Positions 20,795 through 31,600 of a stretch of DNA of 64,000 nt are shown in pieces. The stretch is from positions 946 to 64,945 of the forward strand of contig CALZGC010000131.1 of assembly GCA_945786985.1 (NCBI GenBank), in the 5' to 3' direction. A program made the translations under genes and the position numbers. This stretch comes from an uncultured Nitrospirota bacterium. GTDB lineage: Bacteria > CG2-30-53-67. The notes beneath the pieces are model-generated. The model worked only from the letters and a program-made list of their open reading frames with translations. It had not been told where the DNA came from and searched no databases. Numbering within the stretch: position 1 is the stretch's first letter; each line of letters opens with the position of its first letter.

Positions 20795-20921
20795 GCCCAC
20801 TCTCCTCCTTGGTGAATTTTTGTGGATGCCAAGAACCACAGCTTCTTCGCCGCAAGATGTTCGGGCACGCGGCGGGTGCATGGGGCCCGACGGCGCCGCG
20901 CCGTCCTACGCTATCTCTGGA

Positions 20922-21104
20922 CTAGCCCGGATATTGCATGAGTAAATCTATTACGAGGCCGGATCGTCTGCCACATGCGGCGTTACAGAGAATTTTCTGA
21001 CTTCGAGATATTTCAATATATCTTCAGCCAGTAAATTCTCTGCGCCTTGCCTGTGGCGCCCCTACGGCCTCTCATGACGATCACCTATGCAATATCCGGA
21101 CTAA
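20922..21104. mobile_element. MITE-like miniature inverted-repeat element, copy 1 (inverted orientation relative to copies 2-4)
   Basis: Ends CTAGCCCGGATATTGCATGAGT ... ACCTATGCAATATCCGGACTAA. The interior is the reverse complement of the conserved core of copies 3 and 4. Confidence 0.75.
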
Positions 21105-21484
21105 CCCGCGCGCTTCAGATGCCTCTCCAACTCCTCGGGGGTCGAAATCATGACATCATAGTATTCACCGAACCGCTCACAGTCGGGCGGTGCGTGCTCC
21201 CGGCATTTGTCGGACCGCCGCTCGTAGATGTCACAGAGATTCCTGCGGTTCAAATAGATGCACCGGCCGCGGGTCAGGACGTGCCACCGGTGGTTGCGAA
21301 TGAACACCTTCACTGTATCGAAATGGAGCTGCCATTTCAGCTCCTCGATGTCTTCCTTACTGCGCGGCCGTGTGATCATGACCGCCAAGTCTTTGCAGCA
21401 GATCGCCGAACACTCCAGACAAGTCTTCTCCGTCTCCTTCGCGGTTAACTTTCTGCTGGGCTTCCTCGTCTTGCGAGGACTCAT
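21101..21484 (-). CDS. Cys-rich YkgJ/UPF0153-like putative Fe-S/Zn-binding protein
   Basis: CLECSAICC...C...C pattern (CxxCxxCC). Start at MSPRKTRK preferred. The TAG stop lies inside the MITE terminus. Confidence 0.45.
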   Translation of the reverse strand: MSPRKTRKPSRKLTAKETEKTCLECSAICCKDLAVMITRPRSKEDIEELKWQLHFDTVKVFIRNHRWHVLTRGRCIYLNRRNLCDIYERRSDKCREHAPPDCERFGEYYDVMISTPEELERHLKRAG

Positions 21485-21754
21485 GGCACCCCTCCTCCTG
21501 ACCAAGTAACTAACGTCTGAACAGTCGAGCACAACATATACAAAATCATGCGGTAATGCAAACCAAAAACCAAAGACCGCCACATTCGCCGCGCGCGAGC
21601 CTGACGTCGCACCGACCTGGAGAACATTTGCCCCCGTGCGGCGGCGGTGCTATAGTTCGACCATGCGGGGCGCGCCTGTAGATCATGTGTAGATGAGGCT
21701 GGAGCCAGACGCTGTCCCATGAAGGCAATCCGAAGCGGATACCGGGAGGGTACC

Positions 21755-21973
21755 ATGTTTTTAACACATCAGCCCAGCGGCCACCTGGTGGAAGTGCTCA
21801 ATCAGGAGGATCTCTGGAACCCCTTTCGCCCGGAAGTATCGGGCCGGCTGCATTGTGGGGAAGAACGGCAAGAGCCGGAGCGCTTTGCCAAATCGGAGCT
21901 GATTTTCCCGTCCGGTGAGGCGCTGCCGCGCTGCTGGCGGGATGTCGGATACCGGCAACAGGCTTTGTGCTGA
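21755..21973 (+). CDS. Small hypothetical protein (72 aa)
   Basis: ORF with RBS GGGAGGG before the ATG (MFLTHQPSGHLVEVLNQEDLW...). No recognisable domain, so it could be spurious. Confidence 0.2.
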   Translation: MFLTHQPSGHLVEVLNQEDLWNPFRPEVSGRLHCGEERQEPERFAKSELIFPSGEALPRCWRDVGYRQQALC

Positions 21974-22126
21974 CCTCCCAGAGCCCCCTGGCCGTGACCC
22001 AAACCGTACGTCACCCCGCGCCTTCATGTGCGGGTCCCGCTGTCCCCAGCGGCCATGTTTACTTTTTCCACGCCCTATGCTACCTTTCCCGCAGATCCAC
22101 AGCCGCCAGGCCCGAGGAGAGCAAGG

Positions 22127-25100
22127 GTGAATCCCCGCAGCAAGATCAGCATCTTCCATGGAATCGGCAGGAGACTGCTGCTCTGGTTCAGCCTCTTTTT
22201 CCTGATCCCACTTCTGAGCGTCGGCACTGCAGGGTACCTGCAGAGCAAACGGGCCATCCGGCAGCATGTGTTCGACCATTTCGGGTCAATCCATACGCTG
22301 CAACTGGAGGCCCTGAAGACCTACATACGACAGCGGGAAGCCCAGCTGTTGTCCACCGTTACGGAAAACGAATTTGTATTCATCTCCACTGTGGTGTTGC
22401 AATCCTCGACGTTCTCAACGAATGACATCCAAACCGCCGCAGGCCGTCTCCGGGACTATCTGAAGGACAAGAATCAGGATCTCGGCTCGAGAAGCCTATG
22501 GATCACGGGGAGAAACGGGCTCGTCATTGCCGCTTCCGATCCCGGTTTGATCGGAAACGATCGTGCCCTATCTCCTGAGGCCATGGGGTACCAGGCCTCC
22601 CCGGCCCCGGTGTTGAGTCATTACACCGAAGTCCCCTACGGACCGGAGATCCTTGTTTCGACACCCATCGGAAGCCGGGGCGGTGAGTACCTGGGCCTGT
22701 TCACCATGTGCCTCTCGATGAAGGATATCTATCAGATCCTCCTGAACCGGACCGGCCTCGGCGCCTCCGGTGAAACCTATCTGGTCAACAAGGAGGGCTA
22801 CATGATTTCGCCCTCCCGCTTCCTGGCGAATGCCGTCCTCACGAAACAGATCCCTCTGGAGGAGATTTATGAGCTGGACCAGTCGCGGAGCGAGGAGCGC
22901 TACCCCATCAATTATCGCGGCGTCCCTGTCATTATGGCCCACACCCATCTACCGTTTTTCGAATGGACCCTGATCGCGGAGATGGAAAGCTCGGAAGCAT
23001 TCCGTGAGCTCACGGCTCAGCGTAATCGCACGCTGCTGATCATTGCGGTCCTTTTCTCAGTGCTGGTGGCCACGGCGGCCCTCATATCCCGGAACCTGAC
23101 GCAACCCATCCGGGTGCTCGTCCAGGCGGCCCGACGGGTCGGCGAAGGCGACCTCACCCCGAAGATTGAGACCCCCGCTCCCGACGAACTGGGTGAACTG
23201 GCGACGGAATTCAACCGGATGACCGATCGCCTGCGAATCTCCAAGGAGCGCATGGAGGCCTGGAACGCCACCATTCGGGCCGAGGTGGAGCGCCGGACTC
23301 AGGACCTGATCAATTCGGAGCTCAAGTTCAGAAACTTGATGGAGAAAGCCAACGATGCCATCCTGATCTTCGACGCGACCAACATGCTCTGCACGCTCGC
23401 CAACCTGGAGGCTGAGAGCCTGACCGGTTACAGCCAGGAAGAACTCCTGAATCTTCGTTTCCATGATCTCTTCCTGCCCGAAGACAGCGCCACCATTCAG
23501 GAGCATTGTCGAAAGGCCCGGATTGAAGGTTCGGCCAACCTCTACACCATGTCCCTGCGGCGCCGTGACGGACGGCACCTGTTCGTCGACGTGAGCAACA
23601 GCCTCATTGAATTTCAGAATCAGCGCTACATCAACTGCATTCTGCATGATGTGACCACCCAGAAGAACATCGCCCGGGAGCGGGAGGCCGTCTTCGAAAT
23701 TTCAGACATGGTGGCCAAGTCGTCCGACCTCGATGTCATCCTGCGCAAGTCCCTGGAGAACATTCTCTACAACCTGGAGCTGGAGGTGGGGAACGTCTTT
23801 GTCTACGAGCCCCGAACCCGGGAGCTGGTGCTGAACTGCCAGAAAGGCTTCTCCGAAACTTTCGAGAAAGACTTCTTGCGCCATGTCGTCACCGATGACG
23901 CCAACCGGATTTGCGCGCAAACCGTGAACACCCGAGAAACATCGATCCTCGACAACCCCTTTGTGGGCCCCTTGGAGAGATACCTCGAACCCGGTGTGCG
24001 CCGGGACAACCTGGAAGCCATCGTCAGCCTCCCCCTGATTGCGGAGGGAATTCTGGTAGGTGTACTACAGATCGTGACCCGACGGGAACGAGAGTTCTCG
24101 CCCAACGACCGCATTCTTCTCGAAGCCCTGGCAAATCAACTGGCCGCGGGGATCTTCCGAATCAAGCTGGAGCTGGAGAAACATGAAGGCGACCAGTTCC
24201 TGGCCGGCATTCTCACCGACTCGGTGGACGGCATCATCAGCATGGACGCAGAGAGCCGGATCACTTCCTGGAACAGGGGCGCCGCGAAAATATTTGACAT
24301 GGAAGAGGAAGAAGTGCTGGGCAAGCCTCTCCATTCCCTGTTCCGGGAGCCTCATCTGATCGACCAGGAGCGGATCCAGAAGGAACTGCGGCACAAGGGT
24401 TTTGTCAAGGATTACGAGATCAGAAACATCACCCGGGACGGCCGAGAGCTGATTCTGCAATTCTCCCAAACAGCGTTGCGAGACCAGACCGGCCGCTTCA
24501 TTGGAACCTCTGCGGTCATCCGGGATATTACCGAACAGCACCGGATGCGGACGCGCATTCAGCAGTCTGAGAAGCTCTCCAGCATCGGTCAGCTGGCCGC
24601 GGGCGTTGCTCACGAAATCGGCACCCCATTGAACATCATCTCAGGCAATGCCGAATACCTCATGATGGATATGAACGCACAGGATCCTCGGATGGAGGAG
24701 CTTTCGATCATCATCAACCAGACGGACCGGATCACCCGGCTCATACAACAGCTCATGGATTTTGCCCGAGAGACCCCGCCCCGTTGGGAGGAGACCGACA
24801 TCAATGAACTCATCGAAAACACCCTGATACTGGTGCGCCACCAGTTGAAGAAGCGTTCCATTGCACTGGCCTCGTCCCTTCACGGCTCCATGCCCAAGAT
24901 CGTGGCGGACCCCTACCAGCTCCAGCAGGTGCTGTTGAACATCATCATGAACGCCATCCAGGCCATGTCGGAGAAAGGGGCGCTCACCATCGAGACCGCT
25001 TTCGACACCGCCCGGGACGAGGTCCGGGTCACGGTCCGGGACACGGGCTCGGGGATCACCCCGGAGCACATGAAGAGCATCTTCAACCCCTTTTTCACCA

Positions 25101-25279
25101 CCAAAGAGGTCGGGCAGGGAACGGGGCTGGGGCTCTCGGTCAGTCATCGCATTATTGAAAACCACAACGGCCGCATCGAAGTAGAAAGCCATGTGGACAA
25201 AGGATCCGTCTTCACCCTCACGCTGCCCAGATGTGCCAGGGAAGTCTCACGGGAACCCCGGTTTATCCGCCGCGGTTGA
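22127..25279 (+). CDS. Multi-domain sensor histidine kinase (periplasmic Cache-like, HAMP, PAS, GAF, PAS, HisKA, HATPase)
   Basis: N-terminal TM, a large periplasmic domain and a second TM, then HAMP, PAS/GAF modules, the H-box HEIGTPLNIISGNAEYL, and N/G boxes. GTG start at 22127 has RBS GAGGAGA (the ORF-track ATG at 22028 lacks an RBS). Confidence 0.8.
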   Translation: MNPRSKISIFHGIGRRLLLWFSLFFLIPLLSVGTAGYLQSKRAIRQHVFDHFGSIHTLQLEALKTYIRQREAQLLSTVTENEFVFISTVVLQSSTFSTNDIQTAAGRLRDYLKDKNQDLGSRSLWITGRNGLVIAASDPGLIGNDRALSPEAMGYQASPAPVLSHYTEVPYGPEILVSTPIGSRGGEYLGLFTMCLSMKDIYQILLNRTGLGASGETYLVNKEGYMISPSRFLANAVLTKQIPLEEIYELDQSRSEERYPINYRGVPVIMAHTHLPFFEWTLIAEMESSEAFRELTAQRNRTLLIIAVLFSVLVATAALISRNLTQPIRVLVQAARRVGEGDLTPKIETPAPDELGELATEFNRMTDRLRISKERMEAWNATIRAEVERRTQDLINSELKFRNLMEKANDAILIFDATNMLCTLANLEAESLTGYSQEELLNLRFHDLFLPEDSATIQEHCRKARIEGSANLYTMSLRRRDGRHLFVDVSNSLIEFQNQRYINCILHDVTTQKNIAREREAVFEISDMVAKSSDLDVILRKSLENILYNLELEVGNVFVYEPRTRELVLNCQKGFSETFEKDFLRHVVTDDANRICAQTVNTRETSILDNPFVGPLERYLEPGVRRDNLEAIVSLPLIAEGILVGVLQIVTRREREFSPNDRILLEALANQLAAGIFRIKLELEKHEGDQFLAGILTDSVDGIISMDAESRITSWNRGAAKIFDMEEEEVLGKPLHSLFREPHLIDQERIQKELRHKGFVKDYEIRNITRDGRELILQFSQTALRDQTGRFIGTSAVIRDITEQHRMRTRIQQSEKLSSIGQLAAGVAHEIGTPLNIISGNAEYLMMDMNAQDPRMEELSIIINQTDRITRLIQQLMDFARETPPRWEETDINELIENTLILVRHQLKKRSIALASSLHGSMPKIVADPYQLQQVLLNIIMNAIQAMSEKGALTIETAFDTARDEVRVTVRDTGSGITPEHMKSIFNPFFTTKEVGQGTGLGLSVSHRIIENHNGRIEVESHVDKGSVFTLTLPRCAREVSREPRFIRRG

Positions 25280-25425
25280 TCTCAGGGGTGTCGGCCCGGG
25301 ATCCGGACAAGCTACGAAGGCATCCATGGCGAAACATCCCGCATGATCCGGGTGCGGTGAGAGGCTTTCGTTGACAGAGAGGCGCCCCGAGCCCCTCGGA
25401 GGCAGCCGTAAAAAGGGAGAGATTC

Positions 25426-26778
25426 ATGGGCAAATCACTTTCTGTCCTGGTTGTGGAAGACGACGACAGCATGCGAGACCTGCTGCGCAAGATTCTCACC
25501 GATGAGGGATATCGGGTGAACACTGCAGGGGACGGGACGACCGCCCTCACCATGGTCAAACAGGCCCCGGTGGACGTCGTGCTGAGCGACGTCAAGATGC
25601 CGGGGCTGGATGGATTGGAGCTTCTGAAGGCCGTGAAGAAAGTGACGCCCGGCACCTACGTGGCCATCATGACCGCCTTCGGCACCATCGATTCGGCCGT
25701 AGAAGCCATGAAGTATGGCGCCTACGACTATATTTCGAAACCGTTCAAAATCGACGAAATCCGAATTCTCATGAAGAAGATCGTCGAGCAGAAGGCCCTC
25801 CGCGAAGAGGTCGCGCATCTGCGCAAGGAAGTCAACCGGCGCTATGAGTACAGCAACATCATCGGCAAATCGAGACGAATGCAGGAGGTCTTCGACCTGC
25901 TGGCCAAGGTTGCGGAGGGGAAAAGCACCATCCTGGTTTACGGCAGGAGCGGTACCGGCAAGGAACTGGTGGCCAAGGCCATTCATTACAACAGCCCCCG
26001 AAAGAACCGGCCCTTCGTCGCCGTGAACTGCAGCGCCATTCCCGAAACCCTTCTGGAGAGCGAACTGTTCGGGCACATGAAGGGCGCCTTCACAGGCGCC
26101 ATCTCAACCCGGCACGGCCTCTTTGAAGAGGCCCACGGCGGCACCCTTTTCCTTGACGAAATCGGGGAGATTTCACCGGCCATCCAAGTCAAGCTGCTGC
26201 GGGTGCTTCAGGAGCGGAGCATCAAACCGGTGGGCGGCACAGGATCGAAGAAGATCGACATCCGACTCATCGGAGCAACCAACCAGAACCTGCAGGAAGC
26301 CGTCCGGGAAGGGCGATTCCGGGAGGACCTCTACTACCGGCTGAACGTTATTCCCATTCAACTGCCGTCCCTGAAGGAGCGGACGGACGACATCCCGCTT
26401 CTGGCCCGCCATTTTGTCGCACGATACAGCAAAGAAAACAACCGGGCAGGTATCAGCCTCTCCAGGCAAACGCTTCAGATCTTGATGAATTATCACTGGC
26501 CCGGCAACGTGCGGGAACTGGAAAACGTGATGGAGCGCTCGGTGATCCTCTGCCAGGGCAGCGAAATTACGCCGGAGGATCTACCGCCGCAGCTGATCGA
26601 GGAGAGCTTAGAGACAGCGTCGGACAAGGATCTGGCCCATCTCTCTCTCAAGGAGGTCGAGAAGGCACACATCAAACGTGTTCTGGAAAGTGTGGGCGGG
26701 CACAAAATGAAGGCCGCGGAAATACTTCAGATCGATCGCAGGACGATCTACCGGAAACTTAAAAGCTACAGTTTGTGA
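25426..26778 (+). CDS. Sigma54-dependent response regulator, NtrC family (REC + AAA+ + Fis-HTH)
   Basis: REC domain (VLVVEDDD...D), the AAA+ Walker motif GRSGTGKE, the GAFTGA sigma54-contact motif, and a C-terminal HTH. 450 aa. Confidence 0.85.
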   Translation: MGKSLSVLVVEDDDSMRDLLRKILTDEGYRVNTAGDGTTALTMVKQAPVDVVLSDVKMPGLDGLELLKAVKKVTPGTYVAIMTAFGTIDSAVEAMKYGAYDYISKPFKIDEIRILMKKIVEQKALREEVAHLRKEVNRRYEYSNIIGKSRRMQEVFDLLAKVAEGKSTILVYGRSGTGKELVAKAIHYNSPRKNRPFVAVNCSAIPETLLESELFGHMKGAFTGAISTRHGLFEEAHGGTLFLDEIGEISPAIQVKLLRVLQERSIKPVGGTGSKKIDIRLIGATNQNLQEAVREGRFREDLYYRLNVIPIQLPSLKERTDDIPLLARHFVARYSKENNRAGISLSRQTLQILMNYHWPGNVRELENVMERSVILCQGSEITPEDLPPQLIEESLETASDKDLAHLSLKEVEKAHIKRVLESVGGHKMKAAEILQIDRRTIYRKLKSYSL

Positions 26779-26791
26779 GAGAGGGGAGCTA

Positions 26792-26902
26792 CTAGCCCGG
26801 ATATTACATGAGTGATCGTCATGAAAGGGCTTAGAGGCGGCACAGGCAAGGCGCAGAAGATTTACTGCCCGTCATAGATTAACTCATGCAATATCCGGGC
26901 TA
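26792..26902. mobile_element. MITE-like element, copy 2 (shortest, ~111 bp)
   Basis: CTAGCCCGGATATTACATGAGTGATCGTCATGA...CAAGGCGCAGAAGATTT...ACTCATGCAATATCCGGGCTA. The TIRs differ at one position. Confidence 0.8.
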
Positions 26903-27229
26903 CACATCATCCAGTTCGGCAAAGCTGCGCCCCGACATCTGGTTTCGGAGTGCCTCATCGAGGTGTTCCGGCCCATCGGCCCCATGTTCAAGCGTCTCCA
27001 CCTCTTCGTGCTCCACGTTTTCCAGGAACGCGGCATCGGGCTCTTCGTTGCCGACCGACTCATCGGACACCTCATCGGGGCGCTGCCGGGCGCGCGCTTG
27101 CCGGAGCCGTTCAACCCACTGCTCGGGCGGCTCCCAGAAAGCATCCACCGGCAGCCGCTGCCCATAGGTCCTGACGGCTATTTCCAGGCGGGTCCAGAGA
27201 TAATCCGATGATGGTTGCGAGAGATCCAT
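26900..27229 (-). CDS. Small acidic hypothetical protein (109 aa)
   Basis: Highly acidic C-terminal half. Start abuts the stop of the upstream coiled-coil/TPR gene (operon). Its TAG stop is supplied by the MITE terminus. Confidence 0.4.
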   Translation of the reverse strand: MDLSQPSSDYLWTRLEIAVRTYGQRLPVDAFWEPPEQWVERLRQARARQRPDEVSDESVGNEEPDAAFLENVEHEEVETLEHGADGPEHLDEALRNQMSGRSFAELDDV

Positions 27230-27232
27230 AAG

Positions 27233-28564
27233 CTACCACACTCCCTGCTGCTGATGGTTGAGGAGTTCCAGCCCCTTCTTGGCATTCTGGTTCACGGGAT
27301 TTATCTGGAGGGCTTTGCTCCAGGCCTCGGCCGCATCCTCGTAGCGCTCCAGCTGATACAGGCTGTTGCCGTAGTTGGTGTAAGCCATCGATCGTTCCCG
27401 GCATCCGTCATCGAGGGCTTTGGAAAAGAGCTCCCGGGCCTTCTCGTAATCCATGACGGCATAATATTGTACGCCAAGATTGTGGTTGGCCTCAACTAGA
27501 TCGGGCTTCAGCTTGAGGGCCTGCTGAAACGCCTGGACGGCATGCTCCGAGCGATGCAGCTCGGTGTAGGCCAGCCCCAGATTGTTGTAGGCGTCGGCAT
27601 ATTCCGGGTCGCACTCTACGGCCTTCTCGAAGGCCCGCATGGCGGCTTCGTGGGCCCCGCGGTGAAAGTAGACCACGCCCCGGTTGTTCTGCTCCCGGGC
27701 GGCTTCCTGCCGCTGGTTGCGTGCCGCTTCGTCGACCTGCTCTTTATGGCCATCGTAGTATTCTTCGATTTTTCGCTGCCCCGAAACCAGATCGGTCAGA
27801 ACCTGTCGGGTCTCACCCATGAGTGTCTCCATTCGCTGCACGCCCTCCGCCTGCTCCGCGCTCTTTTGCGCCGCCAGCTCGCGACTATGCTGCAGCTCCT
27901 GTTGGAAATGCTCCTGCATCCCGTTGAGCTGTTCTTCAACGGCCGACCCCACAGCCGCCATTATCTGCAGGCCTTCCGACGCCCGACCGGCAAACCCCTC
28001 CTCCAACGTGGTCAGCCGCTCCAGAATCCCCTGCAGCAGAGCCTCCAGCCGCCCGCATACCGATTCGACAAGACCGATTTTCTGTTGGGATTCCTGAAGC
28101 TGGTTCGCGACGTCGCCGTGCACGCGCTGAAGCCGGTCTGTCAGGCCCTGGGTCGACTCGCCCATCAGATCGGTCCATGAATGGAATTCACCCTGAACGG
28201 TGCTGAAGCGGTCCGCAAGGTGCTGTCGAATCTCCTGAGAGAGCTGCTCAGGCAGCCGGCCGACCTGCTCTTTAAGGGTGGCCTGTCGCCGCTCGAAATC
28301 CTCCCGCTGCGCCTCCATCTTCTTGGAAACGTCTCCACGAAAGCCGTCCAGCTCCGAGCTGATCACCTGGAAGGAAGAGACAAAATCGACCTGATCCAGT
28401 ATATTGCGCATTTCATGGGTTGTCTCGGTGTTCTGGAAGAGGGAGCATTTCTTCTTTTTTCCAAAGAAGAGACTGCAGGCCTCCTCGAGGCAAGGCTGGC
28501 GCTCCCACTCCTCCAGTCCGTTTTCGGTCTTCTTGGTCTGCTTCAGCAGCAAAGGACAAATCAT
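27233..28564 (-). CDS. Coiled-coil protein with C-terminal TPR repeats
   Basis: 443 aa. Cys-containing N-terminus (CPLL...C...C...C), about 250 aa of predicted coiled coil, then 3-4 TPR units (..AYNNLGLAY.. / ..ANHNLGVQY..). Confidence 0.55.
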   Translation of the reverse strand: MICPLLLKQTKKTENGLEEWERQPCLEEACSLFFGKKKKCSLFQNTETTHEMRNILDQVDFVSSFQVISSELDGFRGDVSKKMEAQREDFERRQATLKEQVGRLPEQLSQEIRQHLADRFSTVQGEFHSWTDLMGESTQGLTDRLQRVHGDVANQLQESQQKIGLVESVCGRLEALLQGILERLTTLEEGFAGRASEGLQIMAAVGSAVEEQLNGMQEHFQQELQHSRELAAQKSAEQAEGVQRMETLMGETRQVLTDLVSGQRKIEEYYDGHKEQVDEAARNQRQEAAREQNNRGVVYFHRGAHEAAMRAFEKAVECDPEYADAYNNLGLAYTELHRSEHAVQAFQQALKLKPDLVEANHNLGVQYYAVMDYEKARELFSKALDDGCRERSMAYTNYGNSLYQLERYEDAAEAWSKALQINPVNQNAKKGLELLNHQQQGVW

Positions 28565-28606
28565 GGCCTCTCCTTAATTTTTCCAGATGCCGGACGGTAC
28601 CGGCGG

Positions 28607-31600
28607 TTACCCCGCAGACGGGAGATCATAGATTTTCAGGCGGGTCTGTCCCACCAGGGGCCGCCGCTGCCCCAAAAGCGACTCCTCCATGAGCACGCTG
28701 CAGGCAGCGTTCAAGCGATTCTGCAGCTGCGGATCGGGGTTCTCGTCGAGCATGTCCTCCAGAAGAACGCTGGCCGGCAGAGCATAACCCGCCTGCTCCA
28801 GAAGATAGAGCTGGTGGTAGCGGTCTTCCGGAGTTTGCAGTTGAACCGCCAATGCGTAGTTGCCGACCTGTTCATGATAGTGTCCCCAGATTTCCCGGGT
28901 GCTGTGAGCATCCCGGAAACGGATCTGCCGACGCACCCACTCCTCGGCTTCCTTGTCACGCCCGAGAAGAATCAGTTGGCTGATGAAGCGCTTCAACTGC
29001 GCCTCGGGGAGCGGACCGTCTCCGGCCGCCGCCTCCTGGAAAGCCTTCACGTCACGATGAATCCTCTTGAGAGTGAGTTCGGTTACCTTCTGATAATAGA
29101 AGCTCTGGTCCGAGGAGAGCTCCCTGGCTGCCTCGAGGTCCCGCTGCACCGCATCGGTCTGTCCGAGCCGTTCGTGTACTTCAGCTAGACGAAGGAGCAG
29201 CTCGATCTTTTCCGCCGGCTCCTGGGTGCCCTCCAGGGCTTCCTGATACAACTGGATCGACGGTTCGTGCTCCTTCCGGTCGGCGTAAAGGTCGCCCATG
29301 AAGAGCAGGAATTCCGTACCCTTCAGACCGTGCCCCCGCAACGCCTCCAGAAGCTCCAGACCGCCGGTCGTGCCTTCGGGGTTTGCCTCCACTGCAGCGC
29401 GGACATCCTCAAAGGCAGCCGGAAGATCCAGCTTATGGAGGCGGCAGGATCCCCGCTGCAGCCGTGCGCGACCGTGTTCGGGTTGTTTCTCAAGAACGTC
29501 ATTGTACAAGGCCTCCCCAGCCTCTACCATGGACGGCTCTAACGCAATGGTCCGTTCCATGGCCGCCACGGCCTCGTCGAGGCGACCGGCTTCGAGATAG
29601 TTCCAGGCTACAACCTTGACGACCTCCGCACTGCCCGGGGCGGCCTTCTCCAGGGCCTCCAGTTGGGGCAGGAGCGTGTCACCCATTTCGGGGTGCGAAT
29701 TCCCCGCCGACGAGAGAAATTGGGCCGCTGCCGCGGGACGCTGCAGCCGGAGCATGATAGTGGTAACGGTCGAATACGCCTTAAGTTCGCCGGGATCGAC
29801 GGCAATGATGTCATGACAGAACTTGATGGCCTGCTCCGAAAGGGTCAGGTCCGTCTCCACGGCCTGGAGGAAATGATGGGCCGCCTTGGCGCAAAGCCCC
29901 ACCTTCAGGTAGACCTTCCCCATCTCCAGATGGGTGCGGGCCATCCCCGGGTTCTTCGCCGCTATCTTATCAAGGAGCCGGAGGATGGAGGCAGACTGGT
30001 TCGAATCGCGCTGGATCCCTTTCCAGAGAAGATCCAGCGCGGTCTCGTAGGTGCCCGCCAGGACATGCAGTTCGGCCATTCCGAGAATGGGATCGACCGC
30101 CACGGGATGATTCACCGAGATTTGCTTCAGGTATTTCATGACGGTGCTGCTGCTCTGGGGCACATCGCGGACGAGCCGCAGAAGGCATTCCACCCCTTCC
30201 GCCACCCGTCCACAACCGGAGAGAACCACGCCGAGCGCTAGGGACGCTTTGGGAAGGGTGGGGTTCATGTCGAGGACCATCTGCAAGCGCTCGGCCGTGT
30301 CCGCGGCCATCGCCCCGTCCTCCTTGAACGCCTGGAAATAGAGCTTGACGGCATCGGTAAAGCGCCCCATCTCCTTGCAGGCATCCCCCATGCACTGATG
30401 GATCGCACCCAGCTGAGACCCCTCCAGGGTCTGTTCCAGCTTGGCGCCCTCCTCCAGAACCATGTCGTATGTTCCGCTCAGATGATACGCTTTCATCATC
30501 CCCTGATGCAGCGATGTCTCATCGGGGCGCTGCCGTATCATCTCCCGGTAAAATGGAATCGCCCTGCCAATCGCTTGCGGGTGATTGCGAAGATAGGCAT
30601 TGAGCGTCTCTCCCACCGCGTCGTACCGCTCTGTTCGAAAGCAAAGTTCCGCTCGCGCAAGCACGACGGTATGTTCATCGGGGTGGGCCTTCGCCCACTC
30701 GTCAATCAGCGCCGCCACGGCGGCATTTCGCTCCGGATCATCTCCGACACAGCGCATGAGATGGGACACGGCCTCCTGCTGGTCCGACGAAGCCATGGCC
30801 GCCTCGGCCCACACGAGATCCATGGCAGGCTCATGGACGCCCTTCCTCTCAAGTTCCTGGAAGAATGCCACGACCTCTGCCCCGAATCGCGGGCTCTTTC
30901 GGACCAGCATAGAGAGGTGCCGCAGCACTTCTCGGACGAGGAGCGCCTCGCCGGCCAACGTCAGTCGCAGCGACTGCAGCGCCTCCTGATCCCGACCGAG
31001 GGACATCAGCGCCTCCGCTTCTCCCAGGCGTATCGACGGGTGGTCGGGGTGTTTCTCTGCCAATCTCTTCAGCAGCAGGAGTGCCCGCTCCGGGCTGTCG
31101 GGTGTCAGGCGTATAAAACGCCTGAGCAGCACCACCGGTCGCTCCACGTCCGGATCATCGAGACAGAGCTCAGCCAGAAAGAGGGGCAGCTCGGGCTCAT
31201 CGAAGTGATCCGACAGCATGGGGAAGGTTCTGTCAAAGAAAATATGCCTTTGCACCGGGTCGGTCTGAACGATCTTTCTCATCTGAGCGATGGACCCTAC
31301 CATATCCCCTTCGTCGAGACAGAGCTCCCCGAAGGTGCGCGCGGCACCGATGTTCTCCGGGTCCAGTTCGACGAGACGCTTGAATCGCTCGCGAAGCTGC
31401 TCCCCGTCGACCCGACCGTGGAGAAGCCCGTAAATTGTTGAAGCCTCCTCAAAGTTTCCGGCGTCCCGAAGCCGGTCTCCCAGCAGCAACAGAACGGGCT
31501 CCACACCTTCCAGCGAGGGGTTGACGCGCTTGAGTAGCGCCATCGTGCGAGGTTCCAGCGCCGGATCGTGTATCTCCTGAAAGCAGGCGACCCCTTTTGC

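Noticed and set aside
28181-29188. 335-aa plus-strand ORF inside the TPR-protein genes
   Set aside because: Antisense to continuous TPR repeat coding. No start context.
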